From Escherichia coli O157:H7 (GTDB taxonomy: Bacteria > Pseudomonadota > Gammaproteobacteria > Enterobacterales > Enterobacteriaceae), in assembly GCF_013167455.1 (NCBI RefSeq), contig NZ_CP038328.1: 64,000 nucleotides of DNA; one strand, 5' to 3'. Of this stretch, positions 21,366 to 29,412 are shown piece after piece. Positions within the stretch are counted from its first letter, which is position 1; every line of letters begins with the position of its first letter. The translations under genes and the position numbers were made by a program. A model generated the notes under the pieces. That model was given only the letters and a program-made list of their open reading frames with translations, was not told where the DNA came from and did not search any database.

Positions 21366-21722
21366 TTACTCGAGAGGAAATTGGTTATGAATACAATCAA
21401 GTTTTCTTGCCCAGAATGTGGTGGCGAAGTCTTTGACACATCCTTTAAGCCGCAGGGCTCTGACAGTTTCGCGGGAGCCATCTGCAAAAATTGTGGTCAC
21501 CTTGTAACTGAAGATGAGTCCTCGCAGTTCGATGACGAAATCGTTGACAATATCTTCGGTGCACTCACCAGAGACTTTCTGAAGTAAAGGCGCATACCGC
21601 TTAGTTACCGCTCTGATAACTCTTACCTGTCCTGCAATGGCGCTGATGTCAATATAAAGCGCCATTGCTGCTTCTTTGCCGATCCCGGGATGCCTTCCAT
21701 TCTGATGTTTGACTTCGCCCAC
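21366..21722 (-). CDS. Hypothetical protein, first gene of the leftward early operon (conflicts with a convergent ORF at 21387..21587)
   Basis: GTG start with GAGGG RBS just downstream of the operator-like region at 21903-21958; same orientation as dicB. Confidence 0.3.
   Translation of the reverse strand: MGEVKHQNGRHPGIGKEAAMALYIDISAIAGQVRVIRAVTKRYAPLLQKVSGECTEDIVNDFVIELRGLIFSYKVTTIFADGSRETVRALRLKGCVKDFATTFWARKLDCIHNQFPLE
21387..21587 (+). CDS. Alternative overlapping ORF: 66-aa zinc-ribbon-like protein (CPECGG...CKNCGH)
   Basis: ATG at 21387 with AGAGGAAA RBS 6 nt upstream; two CxxC pairs; antisense to the early operon, so only one of the two overlapping ORFs is likely real. Confidence 0.3.
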   Translation: MNTIKFSCPECGGEVFDTSFKPQGSDSFAGAICKNCGHLVTEDESSQFDDEIVDNIFGALTRDFLK

Positions 21723-21902
21723 TGAGAAACCCTCTGTTTCCCCTTAACGCCGGGGTAGCGGAACAAAAAACTGCTGCATAGTTATTAAAGTTGAACCCTG
21801 CCGTCATGTTCATACGCCTCGGGCTGGCTACTTAACCCCTGACCACTGCCGGGTAACTCGAAGTATTTCCCTGCGTTCTGTGGGGCGGGGTGGGTTGGTA
21901 TT

Positions 21903-21958
21903 TTTAGTTTAATAAACATTAAACTTAAGTCAAGTAAAAACTAAACCGCGGGACATAA
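21903..21958. promoter_or_regulatory. Operator-like cluster (TTTAGT / ACTAAAC half-sites) for the leftward dicB-type early promoter
   Basis: Shares half-site motifs with the repressor-cro intergenic region; lies in a 295-bp ORF-free gap. Confidence 0.4.
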
Positions 21959-22017
21959 CAAACACAACGCTTTTGATAAAGTCGTTGCGGTTGTTATGTT
22001 TCTATTGGTAGTGAAAG

Positions 22018-22296
22018 TTAGGGAAACTGGCGTCTTGCGTGGATCACGTTTACTACTTCAACGCTTGATGTTGTTACGCGGTATAGAATTATATAGTTAG
22101 GGTGGGCTACAATCTCACGCAAGCCAGGTACTCTGTCGCTTGGTGGGTATAAATACGGATGTTCGGATAACGGCAGCACACAACCCCTTAATCGCTGCCA
22201 TAAGCGTTCAGCCGCATCTATGTCGAAACGAGCAATATAACTAGTTATATCATCTAGGTCGGTATCTGCGCTTTCAAGCCATAACACGGGTAACAT
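22018..22296 (-). CDS. ParE/RelE-superfamily type II toxin
   Basis: About 93 aa from MLPVLWLESADTD... to ...EIVAHPNYIILYRVTTSSVEVVNVIHARRQFP, a typical ParE/RelE C-terminus; start overlaps the stop of the upstream small ORF. Confidence 0.6.
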   Translation of the reverse strand: MLPVLWLESADTDLDDITSYIARFDIDAAERLWQRLRGCVLPLSEHPYLYPPSDRVPGLREIVAHPNYIILYRVTTSSVEVVNVIHARRQFP

Positions 22297-22297
22297 T

Positions 22298-22489
22298 TTA
22301 CTGCTTGCTCCGTTCCTTGCGCATCTTAGCAAAGCGTTCTGCCATTCTGCGCTCAACTTCGTCATGGGGAATTGCTGGGCGCGGATCTGCAAGGCTCGTT
22401 GCTACTTTCGCACGCAGCCATTCGTTGTAACTGTTTTCTTGTTCAATGGTTTCAAATTCAGAAACCATTGGTGAAAGGGCTCTATTCAT
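22298..22489 (-). CDS. Putative antitoxin (ParD-like) paired with the ParE-like toxin
   Basis: Small acidic/basic protein MNRALSPMVSEFETIEQENSYNEWLRAKVATSLADPRPAIPHDEVERRMAERFAKMRKE; stop is 1-2 nt from the toxin start. Confidence 0.5.
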   Translation of the reverse strand: MNRALSPMVSEFETIEQENSYNEWLRAKVATSLADPRPAIPHDEVERRMAERFAKMRKERSKQ

Positions 22490-22509
22490 GTTTCCTCCGG
22501 TTTTATAAC

Positions 22510-22881
22510 TCAGGCGCGGCGGCATTTTTGCGCCGCAATCCATCTCGCTATGAGATCTTCCATTGATTCTTTTTTCTGCTTTAACTCGCTGATTATCTGG
22601 CGTTGCTCATCCTCAGGGAAGGCTGAAAAAATCTGCAATAATTCCAGTTGATTAGACGTTAACCCTGCATGTGGTGGAGAACCCCCCGGTTGTTCTGCGT
22701 ATTCCGCATCCAGATACCCTTCCGGCATCCCGTATGTTTGCTCTATTCTTCTGGCAGCCTTTTCTCCAAACGAGGCTCTCCCACTCATTAGTTGAGATAG
22801 GTAGCTCTTCTCTTTGGGTGGCAGAGTTTTATCTTTAAACCACTCCTTGAGACGTAAACGGCGAATTTCTTTTTTTTGCAT
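22510..22881 (-). CDS. dicA: DicA-like (P22 C2 / lambda cI analog) prophage repressor with XRE-type HTH
   Basis: Architecture parallels recalled DicA (C-terminal ...LTSNQLELLQIFSAFPEDEQRQII... vs DicA LSPKELELLELFNALPESEQ); divergent from the cro-like gene. Confidence 0.65.
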   Translation of the reverse strand: MQKKEIRRLRLKEWFKDKTLPPKEKSYLSQLMSGRASFGEKAARRIEQTYGMPEGYLDAEYAEQPGGSPPHAGLTSNQLELLQIFSAFPEDEQRQIISELKQKKESMEDLIARWIAAQKCRRA

Positions 22882-22893
22882 GTGGTAATTATC

Positions 22894-22968
22894 TTTAGTA
22901 ATCACTAAACAAGCAAATACTTGACTTAATGGTTTATTAAACACTAAACTCGCAAAAAAACACTAAAC
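22894..22968. promoter_or_regulatory. Repressor/cro intergenic operator-promoter region with three CACTAAAC-containing sites
   Basis: CACTAAAC at 22903-22910, 22942-22949 and 22961-22968; palindromic TTTAGT-N4-ACTAAA at 22894-22909; TTGACT -35-like hexamer at 22921-22926. Confidence 0.5.
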
Positions 22969-22978
22969 CGAGGAAGGT

Positions 22979-23281
22979 ATGACATTAAAAGAGTTTATTA
23001 AATCATTAAGGGTTGGTGATGCTAAGAAATTCGCGGCCAGACTTGGTGTATCGCCATCTTACTTATCGCAAATGGCGTCTGGACGAACAGCTATATCTCC
23101 AACCCGCGCCCTTATGATCGAATCTGCGACGGAAGGCCAAGTAAGTAGGGCGGAGCTACGACCCCATGATTGGGAGCTTATTTGGCCTGAGTATGCGAGC
23201 GGCATTCGTTTGGGGCAAACACATGTAGTTCATGCTGAAGGTGATTGTAGTGCATGCTTATCTGATGGAGTTGATTCATGA
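22979..23281 (+). CDS. Cro-like (DicC/YdaS-like) HTH regulator
   Basis: N-terminal HTH (ARLGVSPSYLSQMASGRTAISPTRALMIESAT); first rightward gene across from the repressor. Confidence 0.6.
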   Translation: MTLKEFIKSLRVGDAKKFAARLGVSPSYLSQMASGRTAISPTRALMIESATEGQVSRAELRPHDWELIWPEYASGIRLGQTHVVHAEGDCSACLSDGVDS

Positions 23282-23703
23282 AAATCAAGCATGAACACAT
23301 CCGCATGGCGATGAATGTCTGGGCGCATCCGGACGGCGAAAAAGTACCGGCTGCGAAAATTACCAAAGCGTATTTCGAGCTGGGAATGACGTTCCCGGAA
23401 CTGTATGACGACAGCCATCCGGAAGCCCTGGCCCGTAATACCCAGAAAATTTTCCGTTGGCTGGATAAAGACACCCCTGATGCTGTTGAAAAAATGCAGG
23501 CTCTGTTACCGGCGATCGAAAAGGCGATGCCGCCTTTGCTGGTGGCCCGTATGCGCAGCCACAGTTCTGAATATTACCGTGAGATCGTCGAACGGAGGGA
23601 TCGGCTGGTGAAGGATGTCGATGATTTTGTTGCGTCAGCGGTTGTTTTGTATGACCAGATGAATCGCGGCGGCCCGGCAGGGAATGCTGTGGTGATGCAC
23701 TAA
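23278..23703 (+). CDS. YdaT-like / CII-like phage regulatory protein
   Basis: 141-aa protein following cro with ATGA overlap; position and size match Rac YdaT; family assignment from memory. Confidence 0.45.
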   Translation: MKIKHEHIRMAMNVWAHPDGEKVPAAKITKAYFELGMTFPELYDDSHPEALARNTQKIFRWLDKDTPDAVEKMQALLPAIEKAMPPLLVARMRSHSSEYYREIVERRDRLVKDVDDFVASAVVLYDQMNRGGPAGNAVVMH

Positions 23704-23710
23704 AAGCACG

Positions 23711-24688
23711 GTGTTCGGGGGTTTTATGAGCAGCAAGCTTCATGGTCTTGTCTGGGAAGGGTGCGCCTTCACCGGCATGATCTTATCCAGGGTGGCGGTT
23801 ATGGCCCGTCTTGCAGACTACAGCAATGACGAGGGCGTGTCATGGCCTGCCATTGAAACTATCCGGCGTCAGATCGGTGCAAGAAGTGAATCCACAGTGA
23901 AATCGGCTATTGCAGAACTGGCGAAAGAGGGCTGGCTGACGAAGGAAGAGCGTAAGGTCGGTGGGCGTAATGTAAGCAATATCTATCGGCTTAATGTGGA
24001 AAAACTCGAAGCAGCTGCTGCGGCGGCGCGTGAGTCATATAAACCGAAAAGAAAAATTAGCCCGGCAAAAAATGACCCGTTAACAGTTGCCCCGTCAAAT
24101 ATTGCCCCCTCAACGGTTGACCCGTCAAATTTTGATGGATCAACTGTTGATAACAAACTGCCGATTAGGGGGGCGATGATTGACCCCGATCCGTCAGTAT
24201 TAAAACCTGATCCGTCAGATAAAAGATCTTCTTGTCCGGACGCTTCGCAACCGGACCCGCAGACGGCTGAACAGAATTTTTTAACCCGACACCCTGACGC
24301 GGTTGTGTTCAGTGCGAAAAAACGCCAGTGGGGAAGTCAGGAAGATTTGGTGTGCGCACAGTGGATCTGGGGACGAATCGTGAGTCTTTACGAGCAGGCG
24401 GCCAGCGATGATGGCGAGATCACGAGACCGAAAGAACCCAACTGGACTGCATGGGCCAATGACGTGCGGACAATGCGGATGCTGGATGGCAGAACTCACA
24501 GACAAATTTGTGAAATGTTTGGGCGTCTCCAGCGGGATTCGTTCTGGGTAAAAAACATCATGAGTCCGGCAAAACTCCGGGAAAAATGGGATGAACTGGT
24601 TATCCGCCTGGGGCGTTCGCCCGCGCAGCGTTGCGTGAATCACATTTCTGAACCGGACACTGAAATACCGCCGGGATTCAGGGGGTGA
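23711..24688 (+). CDS. Phage replication initiator (YdaU / O-like) with N-terminal winged-helix domain
   Basis: N-terminal ...MARLADYSNDEGVSWPAIETIRRQIGARSESTVKSAIAELAKEGWL... then P/S/D-rich linker; sits before the DnaC-like loader. Confidence 0.55.
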   Translation: MFGGFMSSKLHGLVWEGCAFTGMILSRVAVMARLADYSNDEGVSWPAIETIRRQIGARSESTVKSAIAELAKEGWLTKEERKVGGRNVSNIYRLNVEKLEAAAAAARESYKPKRKISPAKNDPLTVAPSNIAPSTVDPSNFDGSTVDNKLPIRGAMIDPDPSVLKPDPSDKRSSCPDASQPDPQTAEQNFLTRHPDAVVFSAKKRQWGSQEDLVCAQWIWGRIVSLYEQAASDDGEITRPKEPNWTAWANDVRTMRMLDGRTHRQICEMFGRLQRDSFWVKNIMSPAKLREKWDELVIRLGRSPAQRCVNHISEPDTEIPPGFRG

Positions 24689-24694
24689 CGTGTC

Positions 24695-25435
24695 ATGAAA
24701 AACATTGCGGCAGTTGGGGTTCTTGAACGTATTCGCAGACTTGCACCACAGGGGGCGGTTCCACCGTACCGGACGGTGGAGGAGTGGCGGGAATGGCAAC
24801 TTGCTGAAGGACGAAAACGCAGCGAGGAGATTAACCGCCTGAATCATCAGGTGCGGGTTGAAAAAATCCTGAACCGTGCGGGCATCCAGCCGCTTCACAG
24901 GAAGTGCTCATTCGGGAACTACCGGGTGCAGAACGACGGTCAGCGCCATGCTCTGAGCCAGGCGAAATCCATTGCCGATGAATTGATGACCGGATGTACA
25001 AACTTCGTGTTCAGCGGTAAACCTGGTACCGGTAAAAATCACCTGGCAGCAGCGATTGGCAATCGGCTGATGGCGAAGGGGAGAAGCGTGATTATCGTCA
25101 CCGTGTCCGATGTCATGAGCGTGTTGCATGACGGCTACGACAACGGCCAGTCCGGGGAAAAATTTTTACAGGAGCTTTGTGGAGTTGACCTTCTGGTCCT
25201 TGATGAAATTGGCATGCAGCGGGATACGCGCAACGAGCAGGTCACGCTGAACCAGATAGTCGACCGCAGAACGGCTTCGATGCGTAGTGTCGGAATGCTG
25301 ACGAACCTGAATCACGCAGCGATGAGCACACTCCTCGGAGATCGGGTGATGGACCGTATGACCATGAATGGTGGTCGTTGGGTGAATTTTAACTGGGAGA
25401 GCTGGCGGTCAAACGTTGGACGTCAGGGTATGTGA
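24695..25435 (+). CDS. DnaC-like helicase loader (IstB-type AAA+ ATPase; lambda P functional analog)
   Basis: Walker A GKPGTGKNHLAAAIG and Walker B LLVLDEIG; 246 aa as for Rac YdaV. Confidence 0.75.
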   Translation: MKNIAAVGVLERIRRLAPQGAVPPYRTVEEWREWQLAEGRKRSEEINRLNHQVRVEKILNRAGIQPLHRKCSFGNYRVQNDGQRHALSQAKSIADELMTGCTNFVFSGKPGTGKNHLAAAIGNRLMAKGRSVIIVTVSDVMSVLHDGYDNGQSGEKFLQELCGVDLLVLDEIGMQRDTRNEQVTLNQIVDRRTASMRSVGMLTNLNHAAMSTLLGDRVMDRMTMNGGRWVNFNWESWRSNVGRQGM

Positions 25436-25460
25436 GAATTTTTGACGAGGTAAATTTTCG

Positions 25461-26230
25461 ATGGAAACTGTATTGCATGCACTGAAAGCGATGGGAAAAG
25501 CCAATTCTGTTGAACTGGCGGCGCGGCTTGATATCAGCCGTGAAGAAGTTCTTAACGAACTGTGGGAACTCAAAAAAATGGCGTTGTTGATAAAACGGGT
25601 CACACCTGGTTTCTGGCTGTCGAAGGTGAAGCCGGGGTAACCGAAGGGCAGGCACTACAACCTGAAGCGCCGGATGTGGTAACCGAAGAGGTCGCTCCAA
25701 AAGTTACCGCAGACATGATGGTTGAGTTTATCGGTCAGGATGGTGCTAAAACGTGTGAGGAACTGGCGGGTAAGTTCGGCGTCAGTACTCGCAAGGTTGC
25801 TTCCACGCTGGCGGTGGTAACCGCAACGGGGCGGCTGGCACGCGTTAATCAGAACGGTAAATTTCGTTACTGCATGTCGGGGGGTAATTTACCAGCAGAT
25901 CCGAAAGCCGCGCCGGTAACGAAAAATGATGGTAAGGCCTTTCCTCAGCCAGCAGGTGCTGCGTTACCAGTCCGGGAAGCCGCAACACAGGAAGAAATTA
26001 AAACAGAAACTGTGGCGGACATTGTGCAGCCGTTGCCATCGTTTACCGAAACGCAAGCAGATGAGCTGATTTTTCCGTCCCTGCGCAGGGCAAACCTGGC
26101 GCTGCGCAGGGCGAAAAGTGATGTTCAGAAGTGGGAGCGAGTCTGCGCCGCGCTGCGGGAGCTGAACAAGCACCGGGATATTGTTCGACAGATTACTGAT
26201 TCTTCCCGCCGTGTTGTATCGGAAAAGTGA
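25461..26230 (+). pseudogene. Hypothetical phage protein interrupted by a frameshift in an A7 run (25573-25579)
   Basis: Frame A (ATG 25461, [39 protein letters not shown]...) stops after 59 codons; frame B continues ...[18 protein letters not shown]... to 26230; one extra A would fuse them. Confidence 0.45.
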
Positions 26231-26245
26231 TAGCCGGAGGCGCTT

Positions 26246-26641
26246 ATGGCGAAACCTTTTACACACGAACAGCGTGAAGAACTGAAGGCCCGAATTATCG
26301 GGCTGGTACGCAAAAATGAACGCATGACGATATCACAACTGGAGAGAGCGACGGGAGCAGGCTGGCATTCAGTCAGACGTTGCCTTGTGGATGTACTGGC
26401 TTGTGGCGATTTATACATGCCCGGTAAATACGGTGTTTTTACATCAGAACAGGTGTATCGCGTATGGCGTAAGGCAGCGGAGAAAGCAACCGACCAGACA
26501 TTGATTCGAAAGTTACCAGACGGAGAAATACGCCGCTACGACAGACAACAGAACATAATCTGTGGCGAGTGCCGGAAGAGTGAAGTTATGCTGCGTGTAC
26601 TGGCGTTCTATCAGGGCAATTTTCAGGAGGCGGTACTGTGA
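26246..26641 (+). CDS. Hypothetical phage protein
   Basis: 131-aa ORF with RBS; no recognisable motif except a CGEC pair. Confidence 0.4.
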   Translation: MAKPFTHEQREELKARIIGLVRKNERMTISQLERATGAGWHSVRRCLVDVLACGDLYMPGKYGVFTSEQVYRVWRKAAEKATDQTLIRKLPDGEIRRYDRQQNIICGECRKSEVMLRVLAFYQGNFQEAVL

Positions 26642-27282
26642 GTGAATTAGCTATCAGGCTTCAATTGTCGCTGGCATTCGCATCAAAGGAGAATGAGATG
26701 ACCACTTTTACAAAAGAGCAGTTAATCAGTCATGTTAGTGAAAATGTAAAGGCGATGAAATTTGCAGTAAAACAGACAGCATTCAAAAATTCTCTCGAGG
26801 CAATTGAGTTGGATTTAGCACTGGCCCTTGTTGCTCAGGCTTCGCTGGAAGCAGAGCCCGTGCTTTATATGAATCGATTTACCGGAAAGACATTCTCACT
26901 GGAAGAGCAACCCGGTGCTGATAAGGAACCGGAAATATACGTGCCGCTATATGCTGCCCCGCCAGACAGCGCCGCCATGCTTCAGGCTGGAAACTTTCGG
27001 GAAAAAAAGGGTTCGTCAACCAATAATTTTCGGGAAATCTCGGAAACGTCAACCAACTATCCGGTAACTCTGGATGATTGGATAAGCTGTAGTGAGCGAA
27101 TGCCGGATGATGGTCAGCACGTAATTATTTTATGTGATGGCGCATTCGTTCTTTATGCGCAATATCGAGACGGTGAGTTTTTTGATGTAGTCCGTAATGG
27201 TGATGAATTTTTCGAAACACAGAGCCGCAATGTAACCGACTGGATGCCGCTACCAGAACCGCCGCAGGAGGTGCGCCAATGA
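26638..27282 (+). CDS. Hypothetical phage protein with DUF551-like C-terminus
   Basis: C-terminal ...WISCSERMPDDGQHVIILCDG...WMPLPEPP resembles the DUF551 signature (from memory). Confidence 0.4.
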   Translation: MSELAIRLQLSLAFASKENEMTTFTKEQLISHVSENVKAMKFAVKQTAFKNSLEAIELDLALALVAQASLEAEPVLYMNRFTGKTFSLEEQPGADKEPEIYVPLYAAPPDSAAMLQAGNFREKKGSSTNNFREISETSTNYPVTLDDWISCSERMPDDGQHVIILCDGAFVLYAQYRDGEFFDVVRNGDEFFETQSRNVTDWMPLPEPPQEVRQ

Positions 27283-27362
27283 TCTGGCCTGAAGCCTTTG
27301 CAATTACAGGCGTTGCTATAGCTATTGATTTTTTAGTATATGTTATTTGTCGGTGGGGGTAA
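27279..27362 (+). CDS. Candidate 27-aa hydrophobic micropeptide
   Basis: ATG overlaps the upstream stop (ATGA); MIWPEAFAITGVAIAIDFLVYVICRWG is one predicted TM helix. Confidence 0.25.
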   Translation: MIWPEAFAITGVAIAIDFLVYVICRWG

Positions 27363-27397
27363 AAACGTTCGCCGGGATTCACACCAAAGGAGGGAAT

Positions 27398-27502
27398 ATG
27401 TCGGATGATATTTCACTGGCAATGGAAGGTGCGCTGGCTGTTATTGCTGTTGTGGGCGTTTACTGCCTGGTTGTGTTTTTGATGGATCGACTAGGGAACT
27501 GA
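27398..27502 (+). CDS. Candidate 34-aa single-TM micropeptide
   Basis: Strong RBS AAAGGAGGGAAT before ATG; MSDDISLAMEGALAVIAVVGVYCLVVFLMDRLGN. Confidence 0.3.
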   Translation: MSDDISLAMEGALAVIAVVGVYCLVVFLMDRLGN

Positions 27503-27510
27503 ATTCATTA

Positions 27511-27532
27511 CGATATGGGAATTCCCATATCG
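27511..27532. repeat. Perfect 22-bp palindrome CGATATGGGAATTCCCATATCG
   Basis: Exact reverse-complement symmetry, seen directly; lies between the micropeptide ORF and the hok locus. Confidence 0.9.
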
Positions 27533-27639
27533 GGTAAAAACGGTTTGCGGTAAAGCGAGAGTTAAGTAGAATTGCTGCGGGTGCTTGAGGCTGTCTGCCT
27601 CGGGCATGCCACCGTAAGGCAGACAGAGAAAAGCCCCAG

Positions 27640-27710
27640 TTAACATTACGCGTCCTGCAAGACGCCTAACATTAATCTGAGGCCAATTTCATGCTAGACA
27701 CATGTAGGTT
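27640..27710 (-). ncRNA. sok: Predicted Sok-like antisense RNA region (position inferred, not mapped)
   Basis: Inferred from hok/sok architecture: antisense to the mok translation-initiation region; boundaries not determined. Confidence 0.25.
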
Positions 27711-27903
27711 AGCCTCTTACGCGCCGAAAGGCAAGGAGAAGCAGGCTATGAAGCAGCAAAAGGCGATGTTAATCGCCCTGATCGTCATCTGTATTACCGT
27801 CATAGTGACGGCACTGGTAACGAGGAAAGACCTCTGCGAGGTACGAATCCGAACCGGCCAGACGGAGGTCGCTGTCTTCACAGCTTACGAACCTGAGGAG
27901 TAA
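27691..27903 (+). CDS. mok: mok (modulator of killing) reading frame overlapping hok
   Basis: ORF MLDTCRLASYAPKGKEKQA... in the hok frame, starting upstream of hok as in hok/sok loci. Confidence 0.55.
   Translation: MLDTCRLASYAPKGKEKQAMKQQKAMLIALIVICITVIVTALVTRKDLCEVRIRTGQTEVAVFTAYEPEE
27748..27903 (+). CDS. hokD: Hok-family type I toxin (HokD/RelF-like)
   Basis: MKQQKAMLIALIVICITVIVTALVTRKDLCEVRIRTGQTEVAVFTAYEPEE, near-identical to recalled HokD. Confidence 0.85.
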   Translation: MKQQKAMLIALIVICITVIVTALVTRKDLCEVRIRTGQTEVAVFTAYEPEE

Positions 27904-27973
27904 GAGACCCGGCGAGGGAGAAATCCCTCGCCACCTCTGATGAATCAGGCATCCTCAACGCACCCGCACTTAA

Positions 27974-27998
27974 CCCGCTTCGGCGGGTTTTGTTTTTT
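27974..27998 (+). terminator. Intrinsic terminator after hok
   Basis: CCCGCTTCGGCGGG hairpin followed by TTTTGTTTTTT. Confidence 0.6.
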
Positions 27999-28070
27999 CC
28001 TGGCATTCTGGTTTACAATTCGCACGCCAGCCTGAACAACTGGCACCTGCTGCGCCAGCAGAGACAACCG

Positions 28071-28349
28071 ATGGCGCACGATACCAAATTATACAATTCT
28101 GATGATTCTGCCGTCTTTGCCAGCAGGCGCGGACGGTGTTTTTACGCATTCAAATCTGACTGGTACCAGCATCCCCCATGCACTGAAGAACAGGCCGAAT
28201 GGCTCATTCAGTGTTACCGCAGGCGCGGATGCGAGGTTAAAAAAGCCCTTAGCCTCGACTACCGTCACTGGATAATCTCCGTCAGGCTCCCTTACTCCGA
28301 ACGGCCACCGCGTCCGTCCCGCACATTCCAGCAACGGATCTGGAGGTAA
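28071..28349 (+). CDS. Hypothetical protein (Rem-like position between hok and ydfU)
   Basis: ORF from MAHDTKLYNSDDSAVF...; weak RBS; identity unverified. Confidence 0.3.
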   Translation: MAHDTKLYNSDDSAVFASRRGRCFYAFKSDWYQHPPCTEEQAEWLIQCYRRRGCEVKKALSLDYRHWIISVRLPYSERPPRPSRTFQQRIWR

Positions 28350-28350
28350 T

Positions 28351-29400
28351 GTGCGGGTATTACTTCGACCTGTTCTGGTACCGGAACTCGGTCTGGTTAT
28401 CGTTAAGCCAGGCCGTGAATCAATGTCAGCATTCCATAACGGCAGAATACTGGTGGAGCCGGAACCAAAAAGCATGCGAGCTCTGCCGTCCGGGGTTGTA
28501 CCTGCCGTTCACCAGCCGCTGGCGGAAGATAAATCACTACTGCCATTTTTCAGCGATGAGCGGGTGATCCGTGCTGCGGGTGGCGCTGGTGCACTGTCTG
28601 ACTGGTTATTACGTCACGTGAAATCCTGCCAGTGGCTACACGGTGATTATCATCACAGCGAAACCGTCATTCACCGTTACGGTACCGGCGCGATGGTGTT
28701 GTGCTGGCACTGCGACAACCAGCTGCGGGAGCAGACATCTGATTCACTGGATCAACTTGCTCAACAGAATCTGGCCGCCTGGATGATTGACATCATCCGT
28801 CACGCAATGAATGGCGCACAGGAGCGTGAATTATCTCTGGCTGAATTATCCTGGTGGGCGGTCCGCAATCAGGTGGCGGACGCGCTACCGGAAGCGGTAT
28901 TACGTCGTTCGCTGGGGTTGCGTGCGGAAAAAATCCGCTCCGTATACCGTGAAAGCGACATCATACCGGGAGAACAGACCGCCACCAGCATACTGAAGCA
29001 GCGCACAAAAAATATTGCGCTACCGCCTCACACCCACCAGCAACAGAACCCACCACAGGAAAAGACGGTGGTCAGCATTGCCGTTGATCTGGAGTCTCCG
29101 GAATCCTTCATGAAACGACCTAAACGTCGCCGCTGGGTAAATGAGAAATACACACGCTGGGTAAAGACACAGCCGTGTGCGTGTTGTGGTAAGCCAGCGG
29201 ACGATCCTCATCATCTGATTGGTCATGGTCAGGGCGGAATGGGAACAAAATCCCACGATATTTTCACGCTACCGCTGTGTCGGGAGCATCACAACGAGCT
29301 TCATGCGGATCCGCTGGCGTTCGAAGAAAAGCATGGTTCCCAGGTTGATTTAATTTTTCGTTTTCTTGATCACGCCTTTGCAACCGGCGTGCTCGGGTAA
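28351..29400 (+). CDS. ydfU: YdfU-like DUF968 protein with C-terminal HNH-like zinc motif
   Basis: GTG start with GGAGG RBS; 349 aa; C-terminal CACCGKPADDPHHLIGHG...LCREHHNELH. Confidence 0.65.
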   Translation: MRVLLRPVLVPELGLVIVKPGRESMSAFHNGRILVEPEPKSMRALPSGVVPAVHQPLAEDKSLLPFFSDERVIRAAGGAGALSDWLLRHVKSCQWLHGDYHHSETVIHRYGTGAMVLCWHCDNQLREQTSDSLDQLAQQNLAAWMIDIIRHAMNGAQERELSLAELSWWAVRNQVADALPEAVLRRSLGLRAEKIRSVYRESDIIPGEQTATSILKQRTKNIALPPHTHQQQNPPQEKTVVSIAVDLESPESFMKRPKRRRWVNEKYTRWVKTQPCACCGKPADDPHHLIGHGQGGMGTKSHDIFTLPLCREHHNELHADPLAFEEKHGSQVDLIFRFLDHAFATGVLG

Positions 29401-29412
29401 AAGAGGTTACTG

